From a virus: a DNA stretch of 64,000 nucleotides. This document shows, piece by piece, positions 46,005 through 58,449 of this stretch. Positions within the stretch are counted from its first letter, which is position 1. Each line of letters starts with the position of its first letter. A program made the position numbers and the translations under genes. A model generated the notes under the pieces. That model was not told where the DNA came from and searched no databases. It was given only the letters and a program-made list of their open reading frames with translations. The stretch lies in the IMG/VR virus record IMGVR_UViG_3300037316_000027, positions 1-64,000 of that record; one strand, written 5' to 3'.

Positions 46005-47108
46005 CTACCGGAGAAGCTTCGTACGCTCCGGTCGGGGCTCGTACCAGCCCTTGCCGCCGAAAATATCTTTGACGGATTGGAAATAGTCGGTGTAGCGCGG
46101 GGCAACATTTTCGAGCGAAAATTGCTCTGCCCAATCGCGACAATCACTCGGCATGATCTGGTGGATGTTGCGCACGGCCCATTCGAACTGCTCGAAGGTT
46201 CGACAACGGAAGCCAGTCTTTCCCTGTAGATTATATTCGGCGAACGCGCCCCAGTCCGATGAGATGACCGGGGTCCCCGAAAGCATACTCTCGATTTGCA
46301 CGCCGCAGAACGGTTCAAGGAAGGTCGAAGCACAGATCGTCGCGCGCGCATCGCGTAGAAGAGCGCGACGCTTGATCGGACCGGCGTTTCCAACGTAGCT
46401 GATCAACTCGGTTGGCGGCTCCTGCACGCCGGGGCCTGCGATGACCAGCGGAGTGTTCGTCTTCTCCGCTAGCTGCTTGGCGATGTGAATGCCTTTACCG
46501 GAGTTGAGCCTGCCGAGGAACAGGAGGTAGTCCTTTTTCTGGTTGGAAAATTCAAAATCCCCGAGATTGAAAGCGTTCGGGATCACGGCATCATACCAGA
46601 ATTCGTTGCTGGCGCTCATCGCCGCCGCGTTGCCTTGATACGCGTGCATGATCGCGTAGCTCTCGTAGATTTTGAATTTCGCAAAGGTGCCATTCGGATA
46701 TCCGATGCCGCTCTCGACTACGATCATGTCTGGGTGTGCGTCGGCGACCGGCTTATGCCAGTCCCCGAAGGCGCAGAGCAGGAAGTCGCCCGGGTGCTTG
46801 CGCTTACCGATCTCCACGATAGCATTCTTGTAAAACTCGACGTAGCAGCGATCGGTCTTCGCGAAGGCAGGGAAACCGCTCTTGCGCCAGTTATGATTTG
46901 GATACGACTTGACAAGGTCGAACGCCGTCGTCACGGCGATGCTTTCATCGCACTCGACTTTCGAGTGAACGTTGCCATAGTGATAGACTTCGTGACCCTC
47001 CGCCTTCATCATCTTGCAGAGCTTGACGACCTTCTGAGTGAAGGCGCAGGATGAATACTCAGGCGTCGAGATTGTGTGCGGAATTCCCAGAATATGCAGG
47101 CGAGCCAT
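46005..47108 (-). CDS. GT4-family glycosyltransferase
   Basis: LFLGRL..GKG, EPFCGVQIESMLSGTPVISSD.GAF.E. Confidence 0.9.
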   Translation of the reverse strand: MARLHILGIPHTISTPEYSSCAFTQKVVKLCKMMKAEGHEVYHYGNVHSKVECDESIAVTTAFDLVKSYPNHNWRKSGFPAFAKTDRCYVEFYKNAIVEIGKRKHPGDFLLCAFGDWHKPVADAHPDMIVVESGIGYPNGTFAKFKIYESYAIMHAYQGNAAAMSASNEFWYDAVIPNAFNLGDFEFSNQKKDYLLFLGRLNSGKGIHIAKQLAEKTNTPLVIAGPGVQEPPTELISYVGNAGPIKRRALLRDARATICASTFLEPFCGVQIESMLSGTPVISSDWGAFAEYNLQGKTGFRCRTFEQFEWAVRNIHQIMPSDCRDWAEQFSLENVAPRYTDYFQSVKDIFGGKGWYEPRPERTKLLR

Positions 47109-47703
47109 GTGTGAGGGCCTTCGGAGTTATGAGGGACAAGGCGTCATCGGTGCTCGACTTCACCGCTTTTGTGATGGCGCGGATGTGCGGCAGAAGCTCC
47201 GTCGCAAAATCCGGGTGACAACGCATATGGTGGAAGTGGTCGTGAGGGATCGTGCCCTGAGTGACCAAGAAGTTCTCAGCGCGTTCTTTCAGTTCGCCGA
47301 GCCACTCGTCACGCTGCGCCGCCTCGTTGGCCTCCAGCGTCGGAAGGTTCTTGTACTTTCGGTGCGGCTCCAGCTCTGCCATGATCTTGTCGATGGTCGC
47401 GAGTTCATTGCGCGCGGCCTTGACGTTGTTATTCCAGATTTCCAGTTCGCCCTTGGCCTCGATGATATTAGCTTCAGCCAACATTCTCTGCCATGGGGGG
47501 ATATCCTGAGAGAGCGCGAACCGCGCCTCTTCGATTTTGGCATCCCGACGAAGGCGCTGCGCTTCGGCGTTCTTGAGATTGGCGTCGATTGCGATCCGCT
47601 GTCCGTACATCAGCATCCACGCACCGTCAGGTGTATGACAGCCGCCAGCCAAGAAGTAGCGAAGCTGAAAGTCGGAATTGGTTCGATGAGGGTGGCTTTC
47701 CAT
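47059..47703 (-). CDS. coiled-coil hypothetical protein (possible fibre chaperone)
   Basis: H..NSDFQL.YF...C.TPDG; adjacent to the fibre genes. Confidence 0.6.
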   Translation of the reverse strand: MESHPHRTNSDFQLRYFLAGGCHTPDGAWMLMYGQRIAIDANLKNAEAQRLRRDAKIEEARFALSQDIPPWQRMLAEANIIEAKGELEIWNNNVKAARNELATIDKIMAELEPHRKYKNLPTLEANEAAQRDEWLGELKERAENFLVTQGTIPHDHFHHMRCHPDFATELLPHIRAITKAVKSSTDDALSLITPKALTHGSPAYSGNSAHNLDA

Positions 47704-47739
47704 GGGGCTCTCCTTAGCCGAGACCGGACGGTCTGTCAA

Positions 47740-48606
47740 TCACATATTGACGCCGGTCGTGCCGTTACTGGCCCCGGCACCCTGCGAACATGCTGTCTGT
47801 AGCGCGGTCCCGGTGGCTGTTGTGGCTCCCGAATATGTATAGGAATTGGTAGTCGTGGAGTTCACTCCGATCATGATAATGCCGACAGTTGGATTACCCG
47901 CAGAGCCGCCTCTCAGAGCCCCCGTTTGTAGAGCGGTGCTATTGGCGGTGGTGGCCCCGGCATACGTATAGGAGTTGGTGGCGGTGTTGGCAGAGGTGCC
48001 GCCTAGGGGAAAGATACCAATAGCTGAATTACCCACGCCACCGTCTGAGGGACCCAGTACTGATTGTAGACTAGTGCCAGCGGCCACTATGTCGCCGGAA
48101 TAGGTATACGCCCTAGTGGTGGAGGTTCCTTCGCCGACAGCAAAAACGCCTATCGTTGACATGCCCGCAGCCGCACCACGATACTCGGCATTAGTTAGGG
48201 TAGTCCCGCTTGCGCACGTATCACCAGAATACGTATACTTGTCGGTCGTGGCGCTGAATTGGCCGCACGCCAAAATCCCGACCGTCGCATTTCCCGCAGC
48301 AGCGCCCGAAGAGGTAACGGCATTTGGTAACGCCGCTCCGGCAACACACGTATCCCCGGCAAAAGTATATTTGTCACTCGTGTTAAATCCGGACCCGTGA
48401 GCAAAAATGCCCTTTGTCGCAGTACCAGCAGCACACCCCTCAAGAAAATTATTTGATGGGAGAGCCGTGGCAACGGTAGTCGATCCGCCCGCAAACAGAT
48501 ACTTGTTCGTAGTGGTCGTGAAATTGCCAACAGCGAAAATGGCGAGCGTCCCGCTCGTCGTCGTCGCGATTTCCGCAATTAGCAATGGTCCTACGAGCCC
48601 GACCAT
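47740..48606 (-). CDS. repeat (beta-propeller-like) fibre tip protein
   Basis: About six ~45-aa repeats GN.T.GIF..G....T..YTY.G.......L. Confidence 0.7.
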   Translation of the reverse strand: MVGLVGPLLIAEIATTTSGTLAIFAVGNFTTTTNKYLFAGGSTTVATALPSNNFLEGCAAGTATKGIFAHGSGFNTSDKYTFAGDTCVAGAALPNAVTSSGAAAGNATVGILACGQFSATTDKYTYSGDTCASGTTLTNAEYRGAAAGMSTIGVFAVGEGTSTTRAYTYSGDIVAAGTSLQSVLGPSDGGVGNSAIGIFPLGGTSANTATNSYTYAGATTANSTALQTGALRGGSAGNPTVGIIMIGVNSTTTNSYTYSGATTATGTALQTACSQGAGASNGTTGVNM

Positions 48607-50131
48607 TATGTTAGCCCCACACCAGAGATGACCCATTCGGTCGAAGTCACTTTTTCGGCGGTAGCAACGCCATAGGCCGTGAGCGTGCGCGATCCCGTCG
48701 TGGACGCCGCGCCCGCGAGATACATCGTGTCGGAAGTGATCGCAATGGTCAGTACGCCAGCTCCGTGCTGGTTGATGAAGTGCAAGAACGTTCCAACCGC
48801 ATAGGCGACGTTCGCGTTGCTATCGATAGTGAACGTGCGCGCGGAGCTATCGGCAGTCGGATGCAGAACGCCGTTATTAGCATCGCCGAGTACAGTCGTA
48901 TAGGCCGCGCTCTTCGAGAGCAGGGTCATCGCGACAGCGGGACCCGTTGCACCGGTAACACCGGTTGCACCGGTTGCTCCGGTGACACCGGTCGCGCCTG
49001 TAACGCCAGTCGCACCGACCCCGCCCGCGATATCGAGCGTACAGATGTCGCCGTTCGTGAATGTCCCGACTTCTGCGACAAACGTCAGAGCAATTTCGAC
49101 CCATGTGTCGGAGCCCTGTTGCGTGACGGCCCCTGTCGTGAAAATCGCATAACCACCGAGCGTCGTGATGTCGCGGAGGATCAACGTCGATCCCACTTTG
49201 ATGGCATTCAACCACGCTATAGCACTCGGGTTGCCGCTGTCATGAGATGTGCCCATAATCGCGATATTAGCAACGCTCGCCCACGTCGCGTTATCAACCC
49301 TAAATGTTCCAGTCCCCGGCGAAGCCATCGTCGTAGTGGATGAATAGGCCCACGTAAGGTTTCCCGTGAGGCCGGTCGCGCCTGTCGCGCCTGCCGCGCC
49401 TGTCGCGCCTGTCGCGCCTGTGACGCCGGTTGCGCCCGTGACGCCGGTTGCCCCGACTGCACCGGGCTGACCCGAGAGATTGATACTCCAGTCAGCGTGA
49501 GTTCCAGTTCCGCTGTTGTTGCTCATCGAAATCGTCAGAGTAGTCGAGCTATAGCTCGTGCAGATGCCCTCCATCCATTCGTTCGTGCTAGTCGAAGTCG
49601 CGCGGACATACGCCCCGGCTTGGTATGCGAGGCCTGCTTGCGTCGTAAAAATTCGTGTACCAAGGCCCACTGTGCTGAGGCTCGTTGTAGAGGTCGCGTA
49701 ATACCCCGGGCCGGTTGCGCCAGTTGCCCCGGTTGCGCCCGTGACGCCAGTTGCGCCGGTCGCCCCAGTTGCGCCTATTGTTCCGAGCAGGCCTGCGTTC
49801 CACGTCTCACCGCTAAACATCAACAGTTGGCCAGCGACGAGGGGGCCGCACCAAAGCACGCGATACGTTCCATTGTCGTCAAGTTTAACAGTGACAGTCT
49901 GAGTGACCACGTCGTTATTATAGATCGTGATCTGCTTGACGCGGCGGATCGTACTCGCGGCCGGCGCAGCGATAATCGTCACTGGCGCGGTGCCGTTCGT
50001 TGTCGTGTCAGTCGAGCCGTCCGTGTACGCCGAAGAAGTGATGTCCGCGTAAGAGACAGTCACATCGCAATCGGACGTGTTCTTTGCGCCCGCGAGGACG
50101 ACGGTGATTGATTTGGTAGTTGCATCTAAAA

Positions 50132-50135
<4 letters not shown>
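48606..50135 (-). CDS. collagen-like (G-X-T) fibre protein
   Basis: Three GAT/GVT tracts separated by globular domains. Confidence 0.88.
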
Positions 50136-52095
<1,960 letters not shown>

Positions 52096-52099
<4 letters not shown>

Positions 52100-52350
52100 G
52101 TCGGATCACCATCTCCGGCTGAGCCCATGCCACCGCTGCTCGTACTCGTCGTGGTGCTACCAACGGTTTTACGAAGTATCCATTGACGTTCGATGATGCG
52201 CTGAGCGGGATCGACGGCAGGCCGCGTTGCGCCAACAGACGAACCCGCTAGACGCGCGGTACGCTGAGCGACGGAAAGGCCATATGCTTTGATGTACGCA
52301 CCCTGAGCCGTGAGGCTCCAAAATTCTCGGGTCCACGGGTTGTCTACCAT
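52096..52350 (-). CDS. small protein similar to the scaffold C-terminus
   Basis: [22 protein letters not shown]...A...GS.VGAT vs scaffold NPWSKEAWNLTNQGKYVKEYG..A...A...GS.LGAT. Confidence 0.7.
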
Positions 52351-52382
52351 CGTTCAATCCGATCATGAAAAAGCGCGCCCCC

Positions 52383-52421
52383 ATTCTACGAGGGCGCGCT
52401 CTCCCGAACAACTGGCAGTTA
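52383..52421 (-). promoter_or_regulatory. late promoter, conserved type (overlaps the scaffold terminator)
   Basis: TAACTGCCAG-TTGTTC-17-TAGAAT. Confidence 0.75.
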
Positions 52422-52423
52422 CA

Positions 52424-53281
52424 TCAGGCCGCTGTAGCCTTCGTCGCACCAAGATGCGAACCGACACTCTCGGCCAAGACCTTGGCTTTCTCTTCGCCGT
52501 ACTCCTTGACGTACTTACCTTGATTGGTGAGGTTCCATGCCTCCTTCGACCAAGGATTGTTCGCGCGACCGGCCGGGCCAGAGCCGCCCTTCGAGCCGCC
52601 GCCGACAGAGGCGGGCCACCAATGCGGGGACTTCTCCTGCATGTCCTTGAACCATTCACGCGGGGTCAGGCCCGGGACCGTCCCGAACACGTCCTTGGTG
52701 ATGATGCGACCATCGTCGGTCGCTTCGAACACGCGGTTGCCCTGCAAAACGGCGTCAGAGACAGCCGTGGGCACGAGCTTGGCTTCGATCGCCGCGTCGC
52801 GAATGGCGCGCTCGACGTTGCCGGTGACGATGGATGTCTTGAGGGTGTTGATCTCCCCATCCTTCTCGGCTGCGGCCTTGGTGATCGTATCGAGCTTGCG
52901 CTCGATATTGGTCTTGTCGCGCTCCAGCGGAGCGACGGCCTGCTTGACCCGGGCCGCGATGATCGGCTCCAGCTTGGTCTCGTCGATCGTGCCATCCTTC
53001 TTGATGGCGTCGAGCTGAGCCTTGGTCTCTTCCAGCTCCGTCGCCTGCAAGTGGATCAGCTCGGCATCGAGGCCTTCGAACGGCTTGAGCAGTTCCTTGA
53101 CGGCCTTGTGATCGGCTTTCTCCTTGCGGAGCGCTTCCGACACGCGGTCAACGTCGGCTTGGGTCTTGACGCCTTGCACGCCAGTCAATTCCCATTTGCC
53201 TCCGCGCTCCGTGTAGAGTTCGGCGTAGCCTTCTGGGATTTCCTCGGCCGTGTCGTAAATAGTCTTCAGAGTAACGGGCAT
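52424..53281 (-). CDS. capsid scaffolding protein
   Basis: IPE.Y.ELY.E..GKW.L, long coiled coil, PHWWP.S.GGG, NPW tail. Confidence 0.85.
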   Translation of the reverse strand: MPVTLKTIYDTAEEIPEGYAELYTERGGKWELTGVQGVKTQADVDRVSEALRKEKADHKAVKELLKPFEGLDAELIHLQATELEETKAQLDAIKKDGTIDETKLEPIIAARVKQAVAPLERDKTNIERKLDTITKAAAEKDGEINTLKTSIVTGNVERAIRDAAIEAKLVPTAVSDAVLQGNRVFEATDDGRIITKDVFGTVPGLTPREWFKDMQEKSPHWWPASVGGGSKGGSGPAGRANNPWSKEAWNLTNQGKYVKEYGEEKAKVLAESVGSHLGATKATAA

Positions 53282-53319
53282 GGTAACTTCTCCTTGGTAG
53301 AACCTAGGTGGACATCCAC

Positions 53320-53814
53320 TCAGGCACCGCTCATGCGGGATTTTCGTTTCTGGGGTTTCGATGGAAACGCCCAATTCACTAATCCGGGCTGAAATGATCG
53401 CTCAAGATAGAGTGCCCGTAATCGCAATAGTTTAGGACTATCCTTGATGCCCGTACCATTGTTGCACCCATGACAGCACCAACCGCGAAAACGGCCGGTA
53501 GCATGGCAATGATCAAAATGTAGAGTTCGAGTTGAGACCTCACCGCAACACTCACAACTTTCCGGTGGCAAACGCCCGGGGATTTCAATAGGCATCATAT
53601 ATTGCGTAGCAATAGTTATCGCTCGCCTTTCAGGCCGCTGGCGATAAGCCCTCTTAGCCGCCTTAGCTTCTGGAGTTCGTTGTCGGGCAAGCGCCGCCGC
53701 TAGATATTCCGGCGTTCGGCTACGCTCGCGCTTTCGATCGCGCAGACGGGCACGAGAGCGTCTCGCATCCAATGATTGATCAACAAAATGCGAGGCACGT
53801 GTATCACCGGCCAT
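53320..53814 (-). CDS. endonuclease VII-like HNH (homing) endonuclease
   Basis: CECCG...LHFDHCHATGRFRGWCCHGCNNG.G. Confidence 0.85.
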   Translation of the reverse strand: MAGDTRASHFVDQSLDARRSRARLRDRKRERSRTPEYLAAALARQRTPEAKAAKRAYRQRPERRAITIATQYMMPIEIPGRLPPESCECCGEVSTRTLHFDHCHATGRFRGWCCHGCNNGTGIKDSPKLLRLRALYLERSFQPGLVNWAFPSKPQKRKSRMSGA

Positions 53815-54115
53815 AGTTTTTCCTCTTGTGCAACAGTCCTCGGCCTAGGCGGAAGATGTGCTGTCTCGTGATCTCTGTCGCGCCATTGGAGCCGTTCAAT
53901 CGACGGCTTCCGATGACGCGGTGAGCGATATCGGTGTTATCCTCGCCGGCTGTCAGGCCGACGCTGAGCGCGGAGTGGATGCGATTGGCATCATCAGCCG
54001 CGATACTTCGAGCCCATGCAACGAGCGTGTGCCCATGAATTTTCAGTGTTCGCGGTGCCCGGCGATGCCGGTCCCACGCGATGCCGTCGTGCTCGTGCTC
54101 TTCGACATCAGTCAT
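53804..54115 (-). CDS. short MuF/gp7-like fragment
   Basis: I.G..L..W.......RI...L..GL..GE....IA.RVIG......G..EITR; no C-terminal Cys/His part. Confidence 0.55.
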   Translation of the reverse strand: MTDVEEHEHDGIAWDRHRRAPRTLKIHGHTLVAWARSIAADDANRIHSALSVGLTAGEDNTDIAHRVIGSRRLNGSNGATEITRQHIFRLGRGLLHKRKNYGR

Positions 54116-54977
54116 CTTTTCGGCCTTCGTCCTCAACCCACTTCGGGAGCAGGCCCATCTTCTGCGGCGCGTAGACAGTATGCTCGCTGTCCGCAGTCCT
54201 GTTCGAAACTCCATGCGGGCCGTAGTTGACCCACGAATTCTGTCCGCGCGTGCCTGCTGTCATCGCCGGACGCGCAAGGTCCGAATACATCGCAGCGTGA
54301 GAGCGCCAAGCATTCTCTTCGCCGCCAGCCCGGAAGCCATTTCCTTCTTTCATGTGTCCGTTCATGTCATGCACGATCCGGAAGACATCGTTGGCGACGA
54401 CTTTACGGCCGCCGATAACTTCGCCCGTTTTCTTGAGGACGGGGCTGTCCTTTTCGTAGGCCCTCGCCTCGGGGCCGGTGCCGAACCCCTGATCGGTGGG
54501 AAAGCCCCACCAGTGATTATTCTCACTCACATCCTGCGCTCCGAGACGCGGCGACGCGGCATACGGGTCCTTTTGGCCGGGCTTGATCCAATCGACTTTC
54601 AGTCCGGTTGCCTTGATGGCTTCCCACTGCGCTTGCGTCTCCTTGATCATCGCATCGTAACTGGCCTTCGTCGCCGGTTCGGTCGGCGTGTGCTTCATCT
54701 CGTCGAACGCGTCCGCGATGCGCTTGGAACGATCGACATCGACCGGCACGTACTTCTTCGGAGGGTCGTATGGCAGACCCGCCGACTTCATGTAGCTCGC
54801 CGCTGCGTCCTTGAGCCGACCGATCGGTCCGGGAACATACCACTTGCCGCCCAAGTTGATCGGCTTCTGCGGCAGGCCTTCGAGCGGCTTGTGACCGCCA
54901 GCGACCTTGTCCGCCTGCGCCTGCGCAGCGGCCCACTCGCCTTTCTCGTCTCGTGCCTCGTCGGGATTATATGTCAC
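54108..54977 (-). CDS. putative capsid-cargo protein, zincin-like HDxxGH domain
   Basis: N-terminal NPDEARDEKGEW; ND.FRIVHDMNGH...F...GEENAW..H, TRGQNSWVN. Confidence 0.55.
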   Translation of the reverse strand: MTYNPDEARDEKGEWAAAQAQADKVAGGHKPLEGLPQKPINLGGKWYVPGPIGRLKDAAASYMKSAGLPYDPPKKYVPVDVDRSKRIADAFDEMKHTPTEPATKASYDAMIKETQAQWEAIKATGLKVDWIKPGQKDPYAASPRLGAQDVSENNHWWGFPTDQGFGTGPEARAYEKDSPVLKKTGEVIGGRKVVANDVFRIVHDMNGHMKEGNGFRAGGEENAWRSHAAMYSDLARPAMTAGTRGQNSWVNYGPHGVSNRTADSEHTVYAPQKMGLLPKWVEDEGRKDD

Positions 54978-55395
54978 TGGGCAAGTTATCCCGTAGATGG
55001 CGGAACGCCGCCTTGATGTGGCGCTCCCGGTGTGCAGCGATCTTCTTCGTCAGCTCGTCGCGCGTGAGCATCGCGTCACTGACCTTGGTTCGATTGATCC
55101 CGGCCACATCCATCAGCTCGTTCTCGATCATGTCGCGGATTTGCGGTTCGCTCTGATCGAGGATGTTGATCGCCTCCATGAACGTCTTGATGATGTGCTT
55201 GACGTGCGGGTCGCTCGTCTTGTCGCTCACGTCCTGCGCAGCCTGCTTCAGCGCACCAAACGGCCCATCATTCGATTTGTCCACCAGCTCCGGAAACATA
55301 GCAGCGGCGTTCTTGGCGAAGTCGGCCGCATTGCCGCTCGGAATGTCTCCCGGACCATCCGGGTCCGTGATCTGCGGTGCGTAGGTATCTTTCAC
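54967..55395 (-). CDS. hypothetical protein
   Basis: GTGA-coupled within the head block. Confidence 0.6.
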   Translation of the reverse strand: MKDTYAPQITDPDGPGDIPSGNAADFAKNAAAMFPELVDKSNDGPFGALKQAAQDVSDKTSDPHVKHIIKTFMEAINILDQSEPQIRDMIENELMDVAGINRTKVSDAMLTRDELTKKIAAHRERHIKAAFRHLRDNLPSDI

Positions 55396-56672
55396 AGCTT
55401 CACACCTTTCTCGGTCGCGATCTTTCGCAGCTCGGTGCTGTAGTCAGTGTTGAGACGTTCCGTGTTCCGGCTTCCCAGTTTCGTGTAGAGCCGCTTTTCC
55501 GGATACCACCACGTTGCCTGCATATCGGCGATCGTCATATGATGTCCCGCATCCGCGAGCTTCTGTTGGGCCTGATCGAACACGTCTCGAATGTGCTGGC
55601 GCTGGCTTCCGTTGCCGGGCTGATCCTTGATGCCCCCGACCGCGAGTTCATACCGCTCGGCCGCGTATGTCAATTCCGATTTGGTCTTCGTTCCGGCGTC
55701 GAAGTCCGCGCGGTTGTCCTTAAAATCCTTGATATGGGCCAGACGAATGTCTGCGGCCAGCTTAACCATTCGGGGCTCAGTCGTCGGGATTTTCTGCCCG
55801 GCGGCCTTGAGCGCAGCAGTGAAGCGCGCCTTCGGCTTTTCTACGTCTACCGTCCCAGTCAGCGTGCCCGTGAGACGGCCCCAGCCGCGCATGAGCCACA
55901 TATCGGCGGTGAGAGGTTTGAAGTTTCCATTGAGGTTCTGATAAAATCCCTGTCCGATTTTCGGTCCCAAGATCGCGGAGCCATACATCTTGGCCCCCAT
56001 GTTTTCGCCGCTCACGGGCATGCCCATCTTGTCGAGATCGCCAACGGTGTATTCCTTGTCCAGAAACGCTTGCGCGCCCGCGACGCCCATGGTCCCAATC
56101 AGCTTGTTGAGCTTGTCGAAATTGCCGTTGATGCTGATCCCAGCCTTTCCGGCCTCCATGTCAGTCGGGAATTTCCCGGTCTTCTCAAAAATTCCATATG
56201 CCTTGTCGGCGAGGGCGGTGTTGATCTGCACGGTTTGGTTCTGGCTCGTGACCGCCAGCGCGGCGGTGAAAGCGAACTTCGCCGCCGGGTTGTCGGCCAT
56301 TTCCGGGTGCAGCTTTTCGGCGACGCCCATGGCATCCTTCATGCTGCTCGTGTACCAGTCCTCTGCGTTGCCGCCGCGCTTCAGCTCGTTCTCAATCTCT
56401 GAAGCGATGGCGCTCGAAACGATGTTATCCGCTTTCGCGTTCGGCCCCTCTTTCCCTTTCGGCTCTTCGATCACGCCGCCCGGGATGCCGAGCGCCTTGA
56501 GAGCGGCCTGCCCGCGCGCATTCAGCTCCTTGGCGATGTCCGGGTTGCTGCGCGAGCCCGGTTTCGCCATGGTAGGATCATTCAGGATCGAGTTGACGGT
56601 GAGCTTGTCGTAAGCTCCGCCCGCCGTCCACTCTCCGTGCGCATCGCGCGGCTCGTCAGGATTGAAGGTCAC
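55392..56672 (-). CDS. putative capsid-cargo protein with an HhH DNA-glycosylase-like domain
   Basis: N-terminal NPDEPRDAHGEW; DWY, LAVTSQ, LGPKIG..FY.NL, TADMW..R, MQA.WW. Confidence 0.55.
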   Translation of the reverse strand: MTFNPDEPRDAHGEWTAGGAYDKLTVNSILNDPTMAKPGSRSNPDIAKELNARGQAALKALGIPGGVIEEPKGKEGPNAKADNIVSSAIASEIENELKRGGNAEDWYTSSMKDAMGVAEKLHPEMADNPAAKFAFTAALAVTSQNQTVQINTALADKAYGIFEKTGKFPTDMEAGKAGISINGNFDKLNKLIGTMGVAGAQAFLDKEYTVGDLDKMGMPVSGENMGAKMYGSAILGPKIGQGFYQNLNGNFKPLTADMWLMRGWGRLTGTLTGTVDVEKPKARFTAALKAAGQKIPTTEPRMVKLAADIRLAHIKDFKDNRADFDAGTKTKSELTYAAERYELAVGGIKDQPGNGSQRQHIRDVFDQAQQKLADAGHHMTIADMQATWWYPEKRLYTKLGSRNTERLNTDYSTELRKIATEKGVKL

Positions 56673-58378
56673 GCGCCGCCCTTCGTCTTGCCCGCTGACG
56701 CGCCCTTCTTGCCGACTTTACGCTTCAGAGGAACAGGTGACCCACGCGTGTAGCCCTTCGCACGTGCGGTCGGCACAATCGGCACGTTCTGATTTGGCGG
56801 TGTAGCGCCTGCGGGGGCGGCCGGTGGGGCGGTCGGGGCTGGTGGTGTAGTGCCGCCGTCGCTCGGTGGCGGACCCGCGACTGCGCTGAGATCAGTATCC
56901 AAGAAAGTATCATCGGTGACAGACTGCCCAAAGGGGCCGACCATGGTCCCGAGCATCGACGCCGCTTCTTCCTCGATCTGATTGTTCTCTTCTTCAAAGT
57001 CCATCTCCGTCATGTCGTTCATCTGCATCATGCGATGCATCGAACGGAGTGACAAGGGCAGTCCGAGCTGCTTGGCCTGCATGAACGCGAGCAGCGCGGC
57101 ACCAGCGACAGTCTGATCGGCGAAGTCCGTGGTCGGCTTGACCGATACTTCATCGGGGTCTTCCCCGACCCACTCCGCGCAATACTTAAGCGCGGTCTCC
57201 AGTCCCTTGCCGGCGCACTGGGCGACGGATGAAATCGTGGTCGTGCGAGCCGCGACGCGAATACGGAGGGCTTCGCCGCTCTCACCGCGCGCGTTGCCGA
57301 CATCCAAGAAGGCCACACCGAGCGAAGCGGCTTCGTCCTGATCGCTCTTGAGCGACTGACGCATCTCGCCAAGACCGGCGGCGGAGACGCCGATGTATTT
57401 CGCATCGCCATCGATACGCAGATCGATGACGCCCTTGTTGCCGACGCGGAGTTTATCCGGCGCGGCTTCATCGACGTTGCCACCGATGATGACGAGCGTG
57501 TTCTGTCCTTGCAGGTAAAGCGTTTGCCGGTAGTCGGCCTCGCCCCGGTAGATAGCCAGAGCGAGGTTCGACAGGCCAAGAAGTGGGGACACTTCCGGTT
57601 CGGGTACGAGATCGTTTGCGCCGATGAAGACGAACGGGATGTCGTCGAGTGCGCGACCGCCGATCGACGGGAAAATAAAATCTTCCATGATGGGCATGGA
57701 GCTGTCATTGACTTTCACGGCGACAGCGTAGGGCGATCCCTCCGGCGGGCGCTCCCAGCCGCTCTCAAGGCTCTCGGGACCGCCGCGCGTGAGCACGCGA
57801 TACTTGCGTTCGGTCTTCCACGTAAAGCCCTCGCGGCGAAAACCGCTCTCGTCCAGCACGACGAGATCGAGCATGTTGCGGCCCTCGTTAAGGCGTCCCG
57901 CGTCCCAGTTGATGATCCGCATCGGCTCGTAGAATGACAGGTACGGGGTCGCCTTGTCGATATCGACGCCCTGCGGTGCGTCCGCAAGCAGCCCGCAGCG
58001 CCCATACAGGAGTTGCGCGACGTTGATCCGGCGAAGCAACATCTGGAGCCCCTCGCCTTGGATTGTCGCCTTATCCATCATGGTCTGAAGACGCGGAGGC
58101 AGCGTGATCACGGCGGGCTTGTTATGCATTATTCCAACCATTGCCTTCACGGCATCCTTGACAACGTCGTGGAAGTAGGCGCGCATCAAGTACGCTTCGT
58201 AGTCGCGCCAGCCGGGAGAGCTTGGGGTCGTCATTCCATCCTGCACCATGCCCTCGGTCGCCGGGAGGTAGTCGAGACGCTTCGACTTGACGGCGCGCTC
58301 GCCTTGATAGGTGTCCGAGAGCTGGAGCCATTCGCCCAGTCTTTCTACGTACTCGGGATGCTTGTCTGGCAATGCCAT
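56669..58378 (-). CDS. portal protein (DUF4055 type)
   Basis: HPEY, G...VK....YLP, Y..YL.RA, GR.GLL.D.P, IINW, IPFVF, ESGEALRIR. Confidence 0.92.
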   Translation of the reverse strand: MALPDKHPEYVERLGEWLQLSDTYQGERAVKSKRLDYLPATEGMVQDGMTTPSSPGWRDYEAYLMRAYFHDVVKDAVKAMVGIMHNKPAVITLPPRLQTMMDKATIQGEGLQMLLRRINVAQLLYGRCGLLADAPQGVDIDKATPYLSFYEPMRIINWDAGRLNEGRNMLDLVVLDESGFRREGFTWKTERKYRVLTRGGPESLESGWERPPEGSPYAVAVKVNDSSMPIMEDFIFPSIGGRALDDIPFVFIGANDLVPEPEVSPLLGLSNLALAIYRGEADYRQTLYLQGQNTLVIIGGNVDEAAPDKLRVGNKGVIDLRIDGDAKYIGVSAAGLGEMRQSLKSDQDEAASLGVAFLDVGNARGESGEALRIRVAARTTTISSVAQCAGKGLETALKYCAEWVGEDPDEVSVKPTTDFADQTVAGAALLAFMQAKQLGLPLSLRSMHRMMQMNDMTEMDFEEENNQIEEEAASMLGTMVGPFGQSVTDDTFLDTDLSAVAGPPPSDGGTTPPAPTAPPAAPAGATPPNQNVPIVPTARAKGYTRGSPVPLKRKVGKKGASAGKTKGGA

Positions 58379-58449
58379 GGTGATATCCTTCCGGGGGCTA
58401 GGTCCTCTAGCCTATTAACCATATCCTGTCAATCATCTTGACAGGATGA

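Noticed and set aside
52310-56402. Long + strand ORFs (52310..53392, 54081..55016, 55377..56402)
   Set aside because: Shadow frames of well-supported - strand genes in GC-rich DNA; no recognisable motifs.
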